A DNA stretch of 64,000 nucleotides from Pelagomonas calceolata (taxonomy: Eukaryota): the NCBI GenBank assembly GCA_918797485.1, contig CAKKNE010000001.1, forward strand, positions 4,774,001 through 4,838,000, in the 5' to 3' direction. The notes under the pieces are model-generated. The model worked only from the letters and a program-made list of their open reading frames with translations. It made no database searches and was not told where the DNA came from. Positions 19,658-31,300 of the stretch are shown here, in pieces. The position numbers and the translations under genes are program-made. How positions within the stretch are numbered: the first letter of the stretch is position 1; every line of letters begins with the position of its first letter.

Positions 19658-22324
19658 TTAGAGACCCCCCGTGTTCCCGGCCGGCGCCGACGGCGTCCGC
19701 GACCGCGGGTAGTCCCTCGCCAGCCGCTCATCCCGTTTTTTCTCCGCCATGTCGACCCAGGGCGACTCCGGCCGCCTAATATCCCCTAACGGTGCCTTCA
19801 CGCGCCGCGGAATGACCCGACGGGGCGGATCGTCTTCGACGAACGGGACGTCGTTCTCGAAGCCGACACGCCTCCTACTATGATCGGGACTGCCGTCGCG
19901 CCGCTGCCCGTCGCGCGACCACGACATGCGCATGTTGTGGAGCATCAGATTGTCATGTACTGGTGAACGAGGCCGCGGACTGCGAGGAAACGGCGGGAAC
20001 GACGGCGATTTCGGCCGGTCGGGCATCGGGTCCAGCGAGCGCGGCGACCGCTGCGGGCGCGAGTCCTGGGAAGAGCGCGACTCCCTACTACCTCTTTGAG
20101 AATGCATGTCCTCCATGGTGGGCTCCTCTTTGACCTTGGGTGCCATGGGATTCGCGTGCCGTCGTAAGTCCCTAACAGCAGTATTGAGGGATGCCGTCGC
20201 CTTCTTGAGGGGTTTGATCTGATCCTCGGCGCGCGCCAACCGCTTCAAAGCTTCGGCCAGCGTCTGGTTGATGACGTTGACCAATGAAGTGGTAGCTTCC
20301 AGGTCCTTCTGCTCGGCCTTCAAGTCCACTACTTCTATTTCGGCCTTCTTCTCGACGCGTTTTTTCGACTCTTTTTTTTCGTGTAACTCTGTTAACTTAA
20401 ATTCGGTCGTGAAGGAAAATTTCTCCAGTGCTGCAGCGGTGTCTTTCACTTTCTCTATCGTAGGGGCTAAGAAATCTCTCACAGCCGACAGGGCGTCGTT
20501 GTCCATCTTCGACAGCGCATCTGACAACTCTTGTTGCATCTTCTTCATTTCATCAACACGCAACAGTGTATTCCCGTTCGCCTCGTGGAGACCGTCTATG
20601 GATGACTTGGTCTTCTCCAATGATTCAGCAGTGCTCTTCTTCTCTATTTGTAGTTTCTCGAGTAGTTTCTTCTCCACTGTATCGGTCTTGGTGTTTGACC
20701 TGCCGATGTCACTTTCTAACGCCTTGCAGTACTCCTCGTCGGCCTTACTTCTCTCAAGACCATCTAATCGACGGTAGGTCGCTAGGATGGCATCACCAAC
20801 CACCGACGGTATTAATGAATCAACATGCGCCTCGCCGATGTCTTCGTCTAGCTCTCCACCGAGCTCGTCGTCCTCAATCAACAGAACAGGTTCCGCCTCG
20901 TTGCGCAACCCGAGGATCGAGCACCTAAACTCGTCCCAACTAATGGTCTTGTCGCCATCGCTGTCCATCTCCGACAACGCGTACGACAGCCGATCCTTCG
21001 TGCCGTCGCTGCTTTTTATCTTGGTCGCTTCGTCGAAGCCCATCATCTCAGCGAACTCGTCATCAGATCTCAGGGCCTTCACGGCCTCGACGAGCGAGAT
21101 CTCGCCGTCTCCGTTAATATCGACCCTGTCAAAAATAATTCGTAAATGTTCTCCTAATGCGTATAGAGTCGCATCACCCGTCACGGTCGGCGCGGACGCC
21201 GGCGCTTCCGGATTCAATCTACGTTCTTCCAGTGATTTTCGTCTTTGTTCGGCTAAGACAGCCGCGTCCAGATTGACGCCCCTTCTTTTACCTAAGTGTT
21301 CGCCGGACCCGGCCCCCGGTCTCGAGAGTCTCAGTAACAACCCGTAGCCCTGGTCGCCCTCCCTCAGCAATTCCGGATCCTGCAAGAACTGGGACGCCAT
21401 GTCGCGCGCGTCCGAGGGTCTCTTGGCGGCTACTGAAGAAGCATCGTCACACAAAGCCATCGCCGCCATGCGGTCTTGGATCAAGACCAACGCTTCATGG
21501 GCTGGCCCCGCCTTCGCCTCTACCGTACTAAGACGGCCGGCATCGGTCCTTGCTTTCGTCGACAGGTCTTTGATTCTCTCGCGATGCTTGTCTAATGAAG
21601 CCTGTTGATCAGCAAACCTCGCATCGACACTTTGCGTCAGGGATGCATGATTATTCTCGTTAGAAGCGCATCTCGCCTCCAGCGCGTCTAACCGTCTCTC
21701 AGCGTCACTCAAGTCGGCAATCCGCGCTTCGAGGGAAGCGCATCGGTCCCTCAACCTCTGATTCTCGGCCTCGCACTCAGAAACACGAGAAAGCGCCCCA
21801 TCAAGGCGCTGCGCCTCCTCGGCCATGGCTTCTTTCACTACTCGTCTCTGATTGTCTTGTATTTCAGTCACGACGCCGTCCCGCATGTCCCGGATGTCCT
21901 GCGCCCACCCATCTACCCGACGAGACATCCGCTCCTCGAAGTTCCGCTCCAGAATCCAGACCGTCCGGACATCTCGTCTCAGCTTGACACAGCCTCGCTC
22001 TAAAGCTTCGACGCGCACGTCCTCCCGAGGAGTCACTCTACCTTGCGGTCGCTTCGTGTGCTGGGGGTCCCAGGTCACGTCATCCCTCGCTTCTTCCTGG
22101 ACAGCCTTCTCCTTCCTCGGCGTGTCGCCTCTGCCGGTCCATTCATTGCCGAACGTCGCGTCCCCATAGGACTCGAGCTCCGACGCGGCCTGGCTCTCGA
22201 GGTCTTCGAGCATTTGTGAGAGGCGCGGCGGCGTGGGTAACGCTTCTTCTTGGAGCAGGTAGTCGCCGGGGGACTGGCTGGTGAGGGGCAGCGCCGGCGG
22301 CTTTTTGTTGGGAGTGGTGGCCAT
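19658..22324 (-). CDS. Coiled-coil protein with an EF-hand pair
   Basis: EF loops DINGDGEISLVE (21086-21121) and DSDGDKTISWDE (20930-20965); long heptad regions. Confidence 0.8.
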   Translation of the reverse strand: MATTPNKKPPALPLTSQSPGDYLLQEEALPTPPRLSQMLEDLESQAASELESYGDATFGNEWTGRGDTPRKEKAVQEEARDDVTWDPQHTKRPQGRVTPREDVRVEALERGCVKLRRDVRTVWILERNFEERMSRRVDGWAQDIRDMRDGVVTEIQDNQRRVVKEAMAEEAQRLDGALSRVSECEAENQRLRDRCASLEARIADLSDAERRLDALEARCASNENNHASLTQSVDARFADQQASLDKHRERIKDLSTKARTDAGRLSTVEAKAGPAHEALVLIQDRMAAMALCDDASSVAAKRPSDARDMASQFLQDPELLREGDQGYGLLLRLSRPGAGSGEHLGKRRGVNLDAAVLAEQRRKSLEERRLNPEAPASAPTVTGDATLYALGEHLRIIFDRVDINGDGEISLVEAVKALRSDDEFAEMMGFDEATKIKSSDGTKDRLSYALSEMDSDGDKTISWDEFRCSILGLRNEAEPVLLIEDDELGGELDEDIGEAHVDSLIPSVVGDAILATYRRLDGLERSKADEEYCKALESDIGRSNTKTDTVEKKLLEKLQIEKKSTAESLEKTKSSIDGLHEANGNTLLRVDEMKKMQQELSDALSKMDNDALSAVRDFLAPTIEKVKDTAAALEKFSFTTEFKLTELHEKKESKKRVEKKAEIEVVDLKAEQKDLEATTSLVNVINQTLAEALKRLARAEDQIKPLKKATASLNTAVRDLRRHANPMAPKVKEEPTMEDMHSQRGSRESRSSQDSRPQRSPRSLDPMPDRPKSPSFPPFPRSPRPRSPVHDNLMLHNMRMSWSRDGQRRDGSPDHSRRRVGFENDVPFVEDDPPRRVIPRRVKAPLGDIRRPESPWVDMAEKKRDERLARDYPRSRTPSAPAGNTGGL

Positions 22325-22831
22325 GCTGCTCTGTGCGTAGAGCTCGTGCGACCGCTTCGTTTGCTGGAGCGCGACTAAATGAGAGCCGCGTCGAGGCAGC
22401 CCGCGACGACGCGCGCACGGCGGCAAGGAGAGCGCTATGCAAAGTGCTGGGAGCCTCGGCTGGGAAGGCGGGGCCGCGGCGCCCCGAGGCGTCTGTGGCT
22501 TGGTGCGAGGCGTAGGACGCCCGGGGCAGGGGTCGGCAACCTAGCTCCCCAATTCCCCCTCAACGGCTCCCCTCAGCGGCGGATAGTGAGCGCGTTGCGA
22601 AGGCACACGGGACAGCTCCCGCGCCGCGCCGACGCCCGCGAAGGCACGCAGGAGAGCGCCCCCACGTTGCGCCGCAACGGGCTGCCCGAAAAAGCCCGAG
22701 CCGTAACGCCCCGGCAGCCCCAAAGTAGCGCCGCCTAGCGGCAGCCGCCGCGAGCCCCAAAAGCCGCGTCGCGCGCCGGCGAGCGGAGCCCGGACACCTA
22801 ATAGCACGCCAAACACCAGTGAGACGAAACC

Positions 22832-23611
22832 ATGTCCCAGGAGCAGGGCCCCGAGGAGTCGGCGGTCGCCGACTTCCTCCAGATCCTCGAGGAGCACCGG
22901 AAGAACTGCGAACGGCAGGGCAAGTATGTCGAGGCGGAGATCGCCAAGAATCGCTTGGAGGAGCTGAAGATGCACGAAGAGAACCGGCGGAAGGAGGCCA
23001 TGCGGTCGCGGCAAATTGCCGAGAGGTTAGGTGTCGAGGAGGCGCACATGCTCGAGTTCCAGCAGTTTAATATTATTTGGGACAAGAAGATGGCGGAGTA
23101 CGAGCAGCATGCGGCGGATCTGGTGGAAGCCATGAAGGAACGACATGCTGCGGAGTTACGAGATTTTCAGGGGGCGCTCTTGCAGAGGCAAGCCCGGCCC
23201 AAGTTCTCTCGCGAATTGTTGAATTTGCGACGTATTCAAGAACACTTGGCCAGACAGAAGGACTACACCGAGGCCCACAAGATCAAGCTGAAATGTGATG
23301 CATTGGAGGCGTGGGAGCTCGAAAAGTGGCAGAACGGCAAGCAGCAGGAGATGTTCCAGCGCGAGGCGAAGTTCAAGCACCAGAAGCAGAACGAGCTCGT
23401 GGCGTTGCAGAAGCGGGTCCAGACGGGCCGCGAGGAGCAGAAGAAACAGCGCCAGATGGACCTCGAGCGACTATTGCAGCGCTACCAGAACGTGAAGAGC
23501 GAGTTGGAGGCGCAGCAGAATTTGGAGCGGATTCGGGCCGAGCGCATGGCGTCGTCGGGCCAGTGGAACTGGGGGTCGACGACGACGAAGGCGGGGGCGC
23601 AGGTCGCATAA
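22832..23611 (+). CDS. Coiled-coil protein with UVR-like YxEA repeats, possibly flagellar
   Basis: 259 aa; CERQGKYVEAEIAKNRL and PKFSRELLNLRRIQEHLARQKDYTEA; family assignment from recall only. Confidence 0.75.
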   Translation: MSQEQGPEESAVADFLQILEEHRKNCERQGKYVEAEIAKNRLEELKMHEENRRKEAMRSRQIAERLGVEEAHMLEFQQFNIIWDKKMAEYEQHAADLVEAMKERHAAELRDFQGALLQRQARPKFSRELLNLRRIQEHLARQKDYTEAHKIKLKCDALEAWELEKWQNGKQQEMFQREAKFKHQKQNELVALQKRVQTGREEQKKQRQMDLERLLQRYQNVKSELEAQQNLERIRAERMASSGQWNWGSTTTKAGAQVA

Positions 23612-23619
23612 ACATAATT

Positions 23620-24485
23620 TTACCTTGCTCGACCGGTCGAGAACCGTATTCTCGCGGGTCGCAGGGATACGACGCCTCGACTTCCCGTGGGGAACTGGCG
23701 CGCGGAGATGGCGGATCCGGATAGTCCGTCGGTCGCGAAGACTAGCGCCGAGCACTCGGAGTCGCACGTGAACGTGAACGCGTCGGCCGGTATTTGTTGA
23801 TCCGGCTTGATGCGGTACTTCTCCTGGGCCGCCGCGGCGGCGTCTTCGCACATGGTCCACGAGACCTTCATGTTCGTGCGATCGAAGACCGAGAAGCACA
23901 GTCTCAATGAAGTTGGTACGGTACAATTCGAGACCGAGAGGAGCGGAAGTTGGGCCGGCCGCGCCAGGGCCAGCTTGACGGGCGGCTCGAACCGCGCCGC
24001 GACCGCAAAGTCCAGGGCGCACTGCGGCGGCGGTGGTGGCCGGCGCTCCGTTCCCCGCGGCGACGTTACGGGAGCGTCGTCGATGACAACAGTGCCAAAT
24101 TCAGCGCGCTGCGCGAGCGCGACCAGCCGCTGGACGAGCGAGATGTGGCAGCCGTCGCGCGCGTCCTCCGGTATGGAAACACACGCCTCCTGGGCGTGGA
24201 TGTAGGCTCGTTCCGCCAGCGCCGTCCCCTCGTCGCCCTCGAATCGCGGGAGGACCACCGTTCGCGCTTGGTAGCGCTGCAGCGTGGGGTCCCAGTACCT
24301 ATGACGGTCGCGTGGTGATCGGAGGAAACTTTGTCAGACGCCGGCGAGCACTCGTATTCGGTGATTGCCCAGCTACTGAGCGGCCCGTCATCCGTTTGCA
24401 TCGCGCCGTCGCCATCCACGGCTACGTCGACGACTCGTGCCGCCCACGCGGCGGCGGCGCACAGGAGGCTGCCCAGCGCACGCAT
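23620..24485 (-). CDS. Hypothetical secreted protein; exons 24485-24352 and 24298-23620
   Basis: Signal peptide MRALGSLLCAAAAWA; 53-nt GT-AG intron (24351-24299, phase 2) joins the two ORFs to give ITEYEYWDPTLQ. Confidence 0.6.
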
Positions 24486-24631
24486 GGGCTGCCTCTTTTG
24501 TGTGTGTGCTCCTCTATCGATGTAATAGGGCTGCCCACGCCTACGCAGATGGTACGTGCTACCTTTGGAGACGAGTAATCGATGACTACGGGCGTTCAAT
24601 CGATCACTACGGCCGAGCGTGGCAAATGCGA

Positions 24632-24653
24632 GCTAGCGGCTGTAAGGCACTAG
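24632..24653 (+). promoter_or_regulatory. CTAG-bounded intergenic motif copy 5 (GCTAGCGGCTGTAAGGCACTAG)
   Basis: In a divergent gap, about 70 nt upstream of the MYND gene. Confidence 0.6.
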
Positions 24654-24722
24654 CTTTTACCGCCGAGCTTTTGCCAACCTTGGATCGTAGGCTGCCCCCG
24701 AGCGATTTGGGCCATACGCAAG

Positions 24723-25865
24723 ATGATCCTCACGCAGTGCGCCGTCTGCGCCACCGACCTTGGGCTAACCTTGGGCAAGAAATGCGGCCGCTGCGCTACA
24801 CGCTACTGTGGGCCTGAATGCCAGGTGCAGCACTGGAAAGAAGGCGGGCACGACAAGATCTGCAAGCAAATAAAAAAAGCAGGCGGCGCTGAGCAATACA
24901 ACGCAAATCAGAAGTACGCGGAGGCCGTAACGGTTGCAGCGGAAGCGTGCGCAGAGGACACCAAGGGCCAGACGTGCTACATCTGCACGCAGGCCGTCCA
25001 TTGGAAGACAAAGGAGGGCCTCGTGCGGATGTGCGCGTGCCGCGGGACCTCCGGTTTTGCGCACGTGTCGTGCTTGGCGGAGCGGGCGAAGATTTTGTAT
25101 GCGGAGGCCGAGGAGAACAATTTGGCCGGCAAGGCCGTGGACCAGAGGTGGGTCCGCTGGCACACGTGTAGTCTGTGCGAGCAACAGTACCACGGCGTCG
25201 TATTTTGTGCGCTCGGGTGGGCGTGCTGGAAGACGTACCTGGGGCGGCCGGAGACTGAACAGGTTCGGCACGCTGCGATGCAGGTGCTCGGGAGCGGTTT
25301 ATACGCGGCAAAACGCCACGAGGACGCAATGGTCGTGCAAGAGGCCGACCTCTCTATGAAGCGGCGCGTTGGCGAATCAGATCACAATATTCTCGCCGCG
25401 ATGAGCAATCTCGCGGCCACGTATGCTGCGGTTGGAGACCTTGAGAAGGCCATAAATATGGAGCGAGGAATATACTCCGGACGTTTAAAGTTAGAGGGCG
25501 AGGATGATCCGCAAACCCTCATAGCAGCCAACAACTACACGTTTTCACTTACTGAACGCAAGCGCTTCGAAGAAGCCAAATCACTGCTGCGCAGAACGGT
25601 GCCCGTGGCACGACGCGTTCTCGGAGATAGTGATGAGATCACGCTTAAAATGAGGTGGGGTTACGCGGAGGCGCTCTGCGGTGACCCCAACGCCACGCTC
25701 GACGATGTCCGCGAGGCCGTGACGACGCTCGATGAGACGACACGGATCGCGCGGCGCGTGCTCGGCGCCTCGCATCCTCTCTTAGGAATCACTGAGCCAT
25801 GTTTGCAGGAAGCGCGAAGAGTGCTCCACGTCCGCGAGGCCCGGGGCGCCCCCCAAGGAAGCTAA
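24723..25865 (+). CDS. MYND zinc finger + RING-CH (RINGv) + TPR-repeat protein
   Basis: CAVC...CGRCATRYCGPECQVQHW; CYIC...CACRGTSGFAHVSCL...CSLC; kinesin-light-chain-like TPRs (RRVLGDSDEITL, RRVLGASHP). Confidence 0.9.
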   Translation: MILTQCAVCATDLGLTLGKKCGRCATRYCGPECQVQHWKEGGHDKICKQIKKAGGAEQYNANQKYAEAVTVAAEACAEDTKGQTCYICTQAVHWKTKEGLVRMCACRGTSGFAHVSCLAERAKILYAEAEENNLAGKAVDQRWVRWHTCSLCEQQYHGVVFCALGWACWKTYLGRPETEQVRHAAMQVLGSGLYAAKRHEDAMVVQEADLSMKRRVGESDHNILAAMSNLAATYAAVGDLEKAINMERGIYSGRLKLEGEDDPQTLIAANNYTFSLTERKRFEEAKSLLRRTVPVARRVLGDSDEITLKMRWGYAEALCGDPNATLDDVREAVTTLDETTRIARRVLGASHPLLGITEPCLQEARRVLHVREARGAPQGS

Positions 25866-25919
25866 ACGACGGATACTTTACAATATAGATAGGCGGACCT
25901 CGCGCGCGGGTGAATTCAT

Positions 25920-27788
25920 TCAGAGCCCGGCGAGCTTGAGCCGGCTGCGCGAGCGGGCGACGTTGGTCTGCGCTCGTGCAAGCTCGTACTCGAGCTCGAG
26001 CGTCGAGACGGCGCCGTAGCCCTGGGCGTAGTAGCCGCCCGACTCGCGGATGACCAGATCCCGAAAAACGTCTTCGGGCGTCCGGCCGTACGTTTCCGGT
26101 AGTGCGACTAAGACAAATAGCAATGTCGCCACCAGCACCAGCGCGAAGGGCACGAAGGCGTAGGCCCCCAGCGCCGCATTTAGCGCCGGGAACCCGAGAC
26201 CAACCACCACATTCATCGTCCAGTTGATCTGCGAGCCCGCGCTTTGGCTCTGGACGACCTTGTCCGCGGTAAACAGCTCGGGCACGATCATCCAGGGGAT
26301 CGGGCCGAGTCCCAGCTCGAAGAAGAAGACGTAGGAACCAACCCCGGCCAGGGCCCAGGCGTTTCCTAGGGAGCCATTTAACGCGAGCGTCAGCACTAAA
26401 GCACCGGCGAGCATGCCAACAATACTAAGTATCAACATGGACCGCCTTCGATGGGAGTCCATCAACGCCGACGCGAACATGGTCGCCAGGACATTAATGA
26501 AACCAACGAGCGCCGTACCGACCGCCGGCGAATCAATCACGCCTTGGAGGAAGGTCGTAGAGTAGTAGAAGACCGCGTTGATTCCAGACAACTGCTGGGC
26601 GACATGCAAAACCAAAGCGCATCGCATCAATTTGGTATGAGCCCTTTTTTGCGCGTCCTCGTCTTCCAGGAGCTCGGCCCCCGGAGAGCCAAAACCACCT
26701 AAGGTTCTTTTCTGCGGCGTGAAGTTCGGCTTGGCTGGATTCTCGCCCGTCTGCCTCGCCTCGACGGCCGTAGCGATGGCGTGGGCCTCCTCCCTCGCTG
26801 CTTCATCATCTAACAGGTATAAGTTCTTGCACAATTCTACCGCACCCAACCATCTTCCACCATCGGACGGGTCCATGCCGCCCGGCGACATGCGCGCTAT
26901 CCGCGCGTCTTCTGCCAATGCGGATTGCGGCGTCGGCGCCAGCGGCAGCAACCCCGCACAGATGAGCATCACCGCAGCCGTTAAGAACGACACCAGGAAC
27001 AACGTAAACGACTCGTACACTAATGCCACTAGATCAGCGGCCAGAATACCAATAACCATGGCGAGCTGCGTGAACGTGCCGAAGGTGCCTCGTAGACGCG
27101 GTGGCGCCAACTCACCTAAGTATACTGGCAATACTACTGTGGTAGCCCCACAAGCCAACCCCACAAGCAAGCGAGCCGCTATCAGCAATTTCATGCTACC
27201 GTAATGAATCGACGCGACCATGGCCGCGCCACCGACCAAATACACAAACCCGACGAACCAGAGGCACCCGTCCCGGCCCAACCGTCGGCCCTCCGCGAGC
27301 CAGCCGCCGATGAAGCTACCAGGTGCTCCCGCTAACGGTAACGCGGCGACCGCGACGGACCACGCCACCAGCGAATGGCCCGGTAAGGCGCTGGCTTCGG
27401 CCGAGTTCATCACGGACGTGTGGTAGCCGTTCAAAAAGTTCGCGGTGGCCGCGACGCCGACGCATCCACTGAGTAAGCCGGAGATCTTGAGCTGCGAGTC
27501 GAGTCTCTCTAGTTCATCATACAACTCCGTGGCGTGTTCTAACGACGTAGCTAAGAGGTTGACGGAAGAAACGCGCTTGAACTGAGCTGCCGAACCATGT
27601 GGTGTCGCTAAACCACCAGACATGTACGTCGCCGCTCTAATCGCGTGGACGGCGCCTCTACCGCCGACGTCCTCGCCATTTCTGTAGCCCTGGTAGGCCT
27701 GGCGGTACGACGGCGCCCTGGTCGGCGGCGGCTGTCTTACGGTGTTGAGGTCGAATTCCGGCGGGAGCATGGCTCCAGGGCTAGCCAT
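25920..27788 (-). CDS. MFS sugar porter (GLUT-like hexose transporter)
   Basis: PVYLGELAPPRLRG, QQLSGINAVFYYS, GLGPIPW, PETYGRT. Confidence 0.95.
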   Translation of the reverse strand: MASPGAMLPPEFDLNTVRQPPPTRAPSYRQAYQGYRNGEDVGGRGAVHAIRAATYMSGGLATPHGSAAQFKRVSSVNLLATSLEHATELYDELERLDSQLKISGLLSGCVGVAATANFLNGYHTSVMNSAEASALPGHSLVAWSVAVAALPLAGAPGSFIGGWLAEGRRLGRDGCLWFVGFVYLVGGAAMVASIHYGSMKLLIAARLLVGLACGATTVVLPVYLGELAPPRLRGTFGTFTQLAMVIGILAADLVALVYESFTLFLVSFLTAAVMLICAGLLPLAPTPQSALAEDARIARMSPGGMDPSDGGRWLGAVELCKNLYLLDDEAAREEAHAIATAVEARQTGENPAKPNFTPQKRTLGGFGSPGAELLEDEDAQKRAHTKLMRCALVLHVAQQLSGINAVFYYSTTFLQGVIDSPAVGTALVGFINVLATMFASALMDSHRRRSMLILSIVGMLAGALVLTLALNGSLGNAWALAGVGSYVFFFELGLGPIPWMIVPELFTADKVVQSQSAGSQINWTMNVVVGLGFPALNAALGAYAFVPFALVLVATLLFVLVALPETYGRTPEDVFRDLVIRESGGYYAQGYGAVSTLELEYELARAQTNVARSRSRLKLAGL

Positions 27789-28340
27789 ATTGTTGCGCTG
27801 CGGCGGCGGCGCGTTGTGCACGCGCGCTTAAGCCAGCAGCAGTGAGGCCCTTCTTTTTGTGAACTCCTGCGCTCGTCGCTTCTGAGCAGCGCGCCTCCTT
27901 CCAGCGCTTTGCGACAACAAGATGACTATCTTGACGACAGCTTATCAGCTGAGGCTGCGTTCTCCTCGCGCAATCGACTCTGTCTTAATGGCCAGGGCGA
28001 TTTTGCAGGACCGTGGCAGCCTTCGCTCTGAATGATACACGATTCTTAAGAGCCGTAGGACCCCTTGTTGGTGCCCATGCGCGAGTTTTTTGCGCATTTC
28101 GCATTCAAGACCTCGAGCAACAAAACGGGTTTTACACGCAGACCGGCGCGCGCGCATTGCCTCCGCTGTAGCACCTGAGCAGTCGCGCGGTCATCGACAG
28201 AGAGATTTGAAACTAAACTCTCTGTTGCCGCCGTTTCAAACGCCGCCGAGGCGCGTGCGCTGAGCTCTAGGCACCGAGCCTGCCTCGCTGCCGGCAGCAG
28301 CGCTGCGAGACGCGGCGGCGCGCACCGCGAATCAGAAACA

Positions 28341-31300
28341 ATGGGCCGCCGCCGCCGCGACCGCTCGCGCAGCAGAAGTAGAGACCGCTCTAGAAGAGAT
28401 CGCTCGAGACGCGACCGGAGCCGGAGCCGCGACCGCAAAAGGAGACGACGAGACAGCCCGACTGCCCAAGATGCGTCGACGGGCTGGGTCTCGCGCCAGT
28501 ACGACACGATGAAAGATAGTGAAAATCCCTTCGCGAAGGCCCAACGAGAGGAGAAGGAAGCTAAACAAAGATTAGAATCACGCAAACGAAGGAAGTCCCC
28601 CTCGCCTCCGCAAGACGATTCGACAGCCGATAAGGCGAAGGCCGTGGCCGAGATGATCTCGGCGCGCTTGAAGGCGAACGCGCCGAAGACCGCCGAGGAG
28701 TTGGAAGCCGAGAGAGCCCTCGAACGCGAAGCGGAGGCGCGTCGCGTCGAGGAGGAGGCTAGGGCGCGCAAGGAACGTATCGAGTCCGGTCGCAAGAAGG
28801 TTATTGAGGAGGTCGTGGAAGAGAAGAAGGCGTCCTGGACGTTGGGGGAGAACGCGGAAGGCGCCGATGCCGAAGGCGTCGACGACGACGACGACGACAT
28901 CCTCAACGAGTTCACGGACGTGTCCCAATCAACGGTCGTCGAAGAGACCACGGCCTCGATCAAGGAGTCCGCCGCGTTACTGAAGCAGAAACGGTTCCAG
29001 AACAAGTCTTCCGCTGTGAAGGACTTCCTGCCTGCCACCACTACCAGTGATGATCCATTGGAAGGTTTTCTGGCATCGTTCACCACAGAAGGCACGGAAA
29101 GCCCGATGCCTTCCGAGATTGACTTGCAGCGAGCTAGGAGTGACCCACTAGCGTCGGCGTTCGACGCGCCGCAGCGACGGTCGAACGCCATCACGTTGGA
29201 TGAGATCCTGGCCGGCGAGTCGGGGCGCGGTGGCGGCTGGGAGAGTGATAGTGTTGTCTCTGCTTCAGAGGAGCCTCCTGTCATTTACGACGAGGATGAA
29301 AGTGATGAAGAGGACCTCACGACGCGGGAGCGCGTACAACAGGTCCAGCAGGACGCCCTGGAAGTGCAACAGCAAGAACAGGCTCGCAAGAAGGATTTAG
29401 GAAGGTGTTTTAACGACGAGGGCGACGTCATGGAGGAAAAAGAGAGAAAAAAGGCCGAGAAAAGTGCCTTGGAAGTTTTTGCGGAGCAGTTGCGGCGGAA
29501 GGAATTGAAAACTATAGACCACGCGTCGCAGGACTACCTCAAAATACGGAAGAATTTTTATGTGGTGCCCCGACACCTCGCAAAGCTATCCTCTGATGAG
29601 ATTGCTGAAAGGCGAGAAGCTGATGAAACCAAGGTGCGGGGCAAGGGCTGTCCGCCGCCCGTGACGACGTGGGGCGAGTGCGGCCTGCCGGATCGCGTCC
29701 ACACCAAAGTGTTGGAAGCGTTTGGGGACGATAGTGAACCCTTTCCTATCCAGAAGCAGGCTCTGCCGGCGCTGATGTCGGGTCGCGACGTTATTGGCAT
29801 TGCAAAAACGGGCTCTGGGAAGACGCTAGCTTTTGCGCTGCCATTGCTGCGACATGTCTCGGACCAACCACCTGTGATAGATGGGTCCGAGGGCCCTGTA
29901 GCTTTGATATTAGCCCCAGCTAGAGAGCTAGCTCTGCAAATATACCGGGAAACAAAACGCTTCGCTTCTGTATTAGGTTTAAGGTGTACGGCCGTCTACG
30001 GCGGCGCGCAAGTAGCCCAGCAAATCGCGGACCTCAAGAGAGGTGCGGAAGTTGTTGTGGCGACACCGGGCCGCTTGATCGACATCTTAACCATGCAGCA
30101 GGGCCGCTTGATCGCGTTGTCGCGCGTGTCGTTCGTCGTCCTCGACGAGGCCGACCGCATGTTCGACATGGGGTGCGAGACCTGTGTGGAAACTTCAAGT
30201 GGTCTCTACGCGGTCGCGTGGATCTCTCGGAGGTCGTGTCCGAGTTTCGCGAGACGCGAATAACTCCCAGAGTTAACGTGGTCGCCGCGACGGCGTCGGG
30301 GCGACGCGGCATCGCCTCGACGCCATCGACGCGGCCGCATGATTACCTCACTCACGGGTCGATGTCCACGCAGGTTCGAGCCCCAAATCGCGATGGTGTT
30401 AAGGAACGTGCGGCCCGATCGACAGACGGCGCTGTTCTCGGCGACGTTTCCGAGGGCCGTGGAGCAATTGGCGAGGAAAGCCTTGCAGCATCCCCTGGAG
30501 ATTGTTTGTGGTGGGAAGAGTGTAGCCTCGGACACCGTCGACCAGTATGTGGAGGTGCGGCCGGAGCAGACCAAATTCATGCGTCTTCTCCAGCTCCTGG
30601 GCGTCTGGTTCGAGCGAGGCTCTACCTTAGTGTTTGTGGATACGCAACTCAAGTGCGATTCTATATATGAGCAATTGGTGAAGGCGGGCTATCCCTCGCT
30701 CTCCTTACATGGCGGGAAGGAACAAGATGATAGGGCTTCCACCATCAAGGATTTCCAGGACGGTGTCGCTACGGTCTTAGTAGCGACGTCTGTGGCTGGC
30801 CGAGGCTTAGATGTCCCCGCAATATCATGTGTGGTGAACTACTCGTGCCCCAACCACTTGGAAGACTACGTCCATCGCGTCGGTAGGACAGGTAGGGCAG
30901 GTAGGAAAGGCACGGCGTATACGTTCCTCGACCCACAGACGGAGGACGCGTACGCTCCTATTCTCAAAAAAGCCCTCACCCAAGCGAAGCGCCAAGTCCC
31001 GCCCGAATTAGATCAACTAGCGAAGAAGTTCGTCGACAAGACGAAGACCGGTGAAAAAAAATGGGCGCCCTCCGGCTTCGCGGGCCGCGGTTTTAAATTT
31101 GATGAGGATGAACTTGATGATGAGAAACAGCGCGCCAAGGCGCAGCGCAAGCTCATGGAGTCGGAGATGGGTTTGGTGGTTGCGGAGTCTCATCTAGATG
31201 ACGACGAGGGGCCCGAGAAGGAAGCGCCTGCGCCGGCGCCCGCTAAGGAGCCGGACGTGCCGGCCCTAGCGCCGGACCAACTTGCTACTTCGTTAGCGGC

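Noticed and set aside
24277..24298. 22-nt GT..CAG mini-intron on the minus strand
   Set aside because: Too short; the 53-nt intron 24351-24299 joins the frames and has a CTGAC branch-like word
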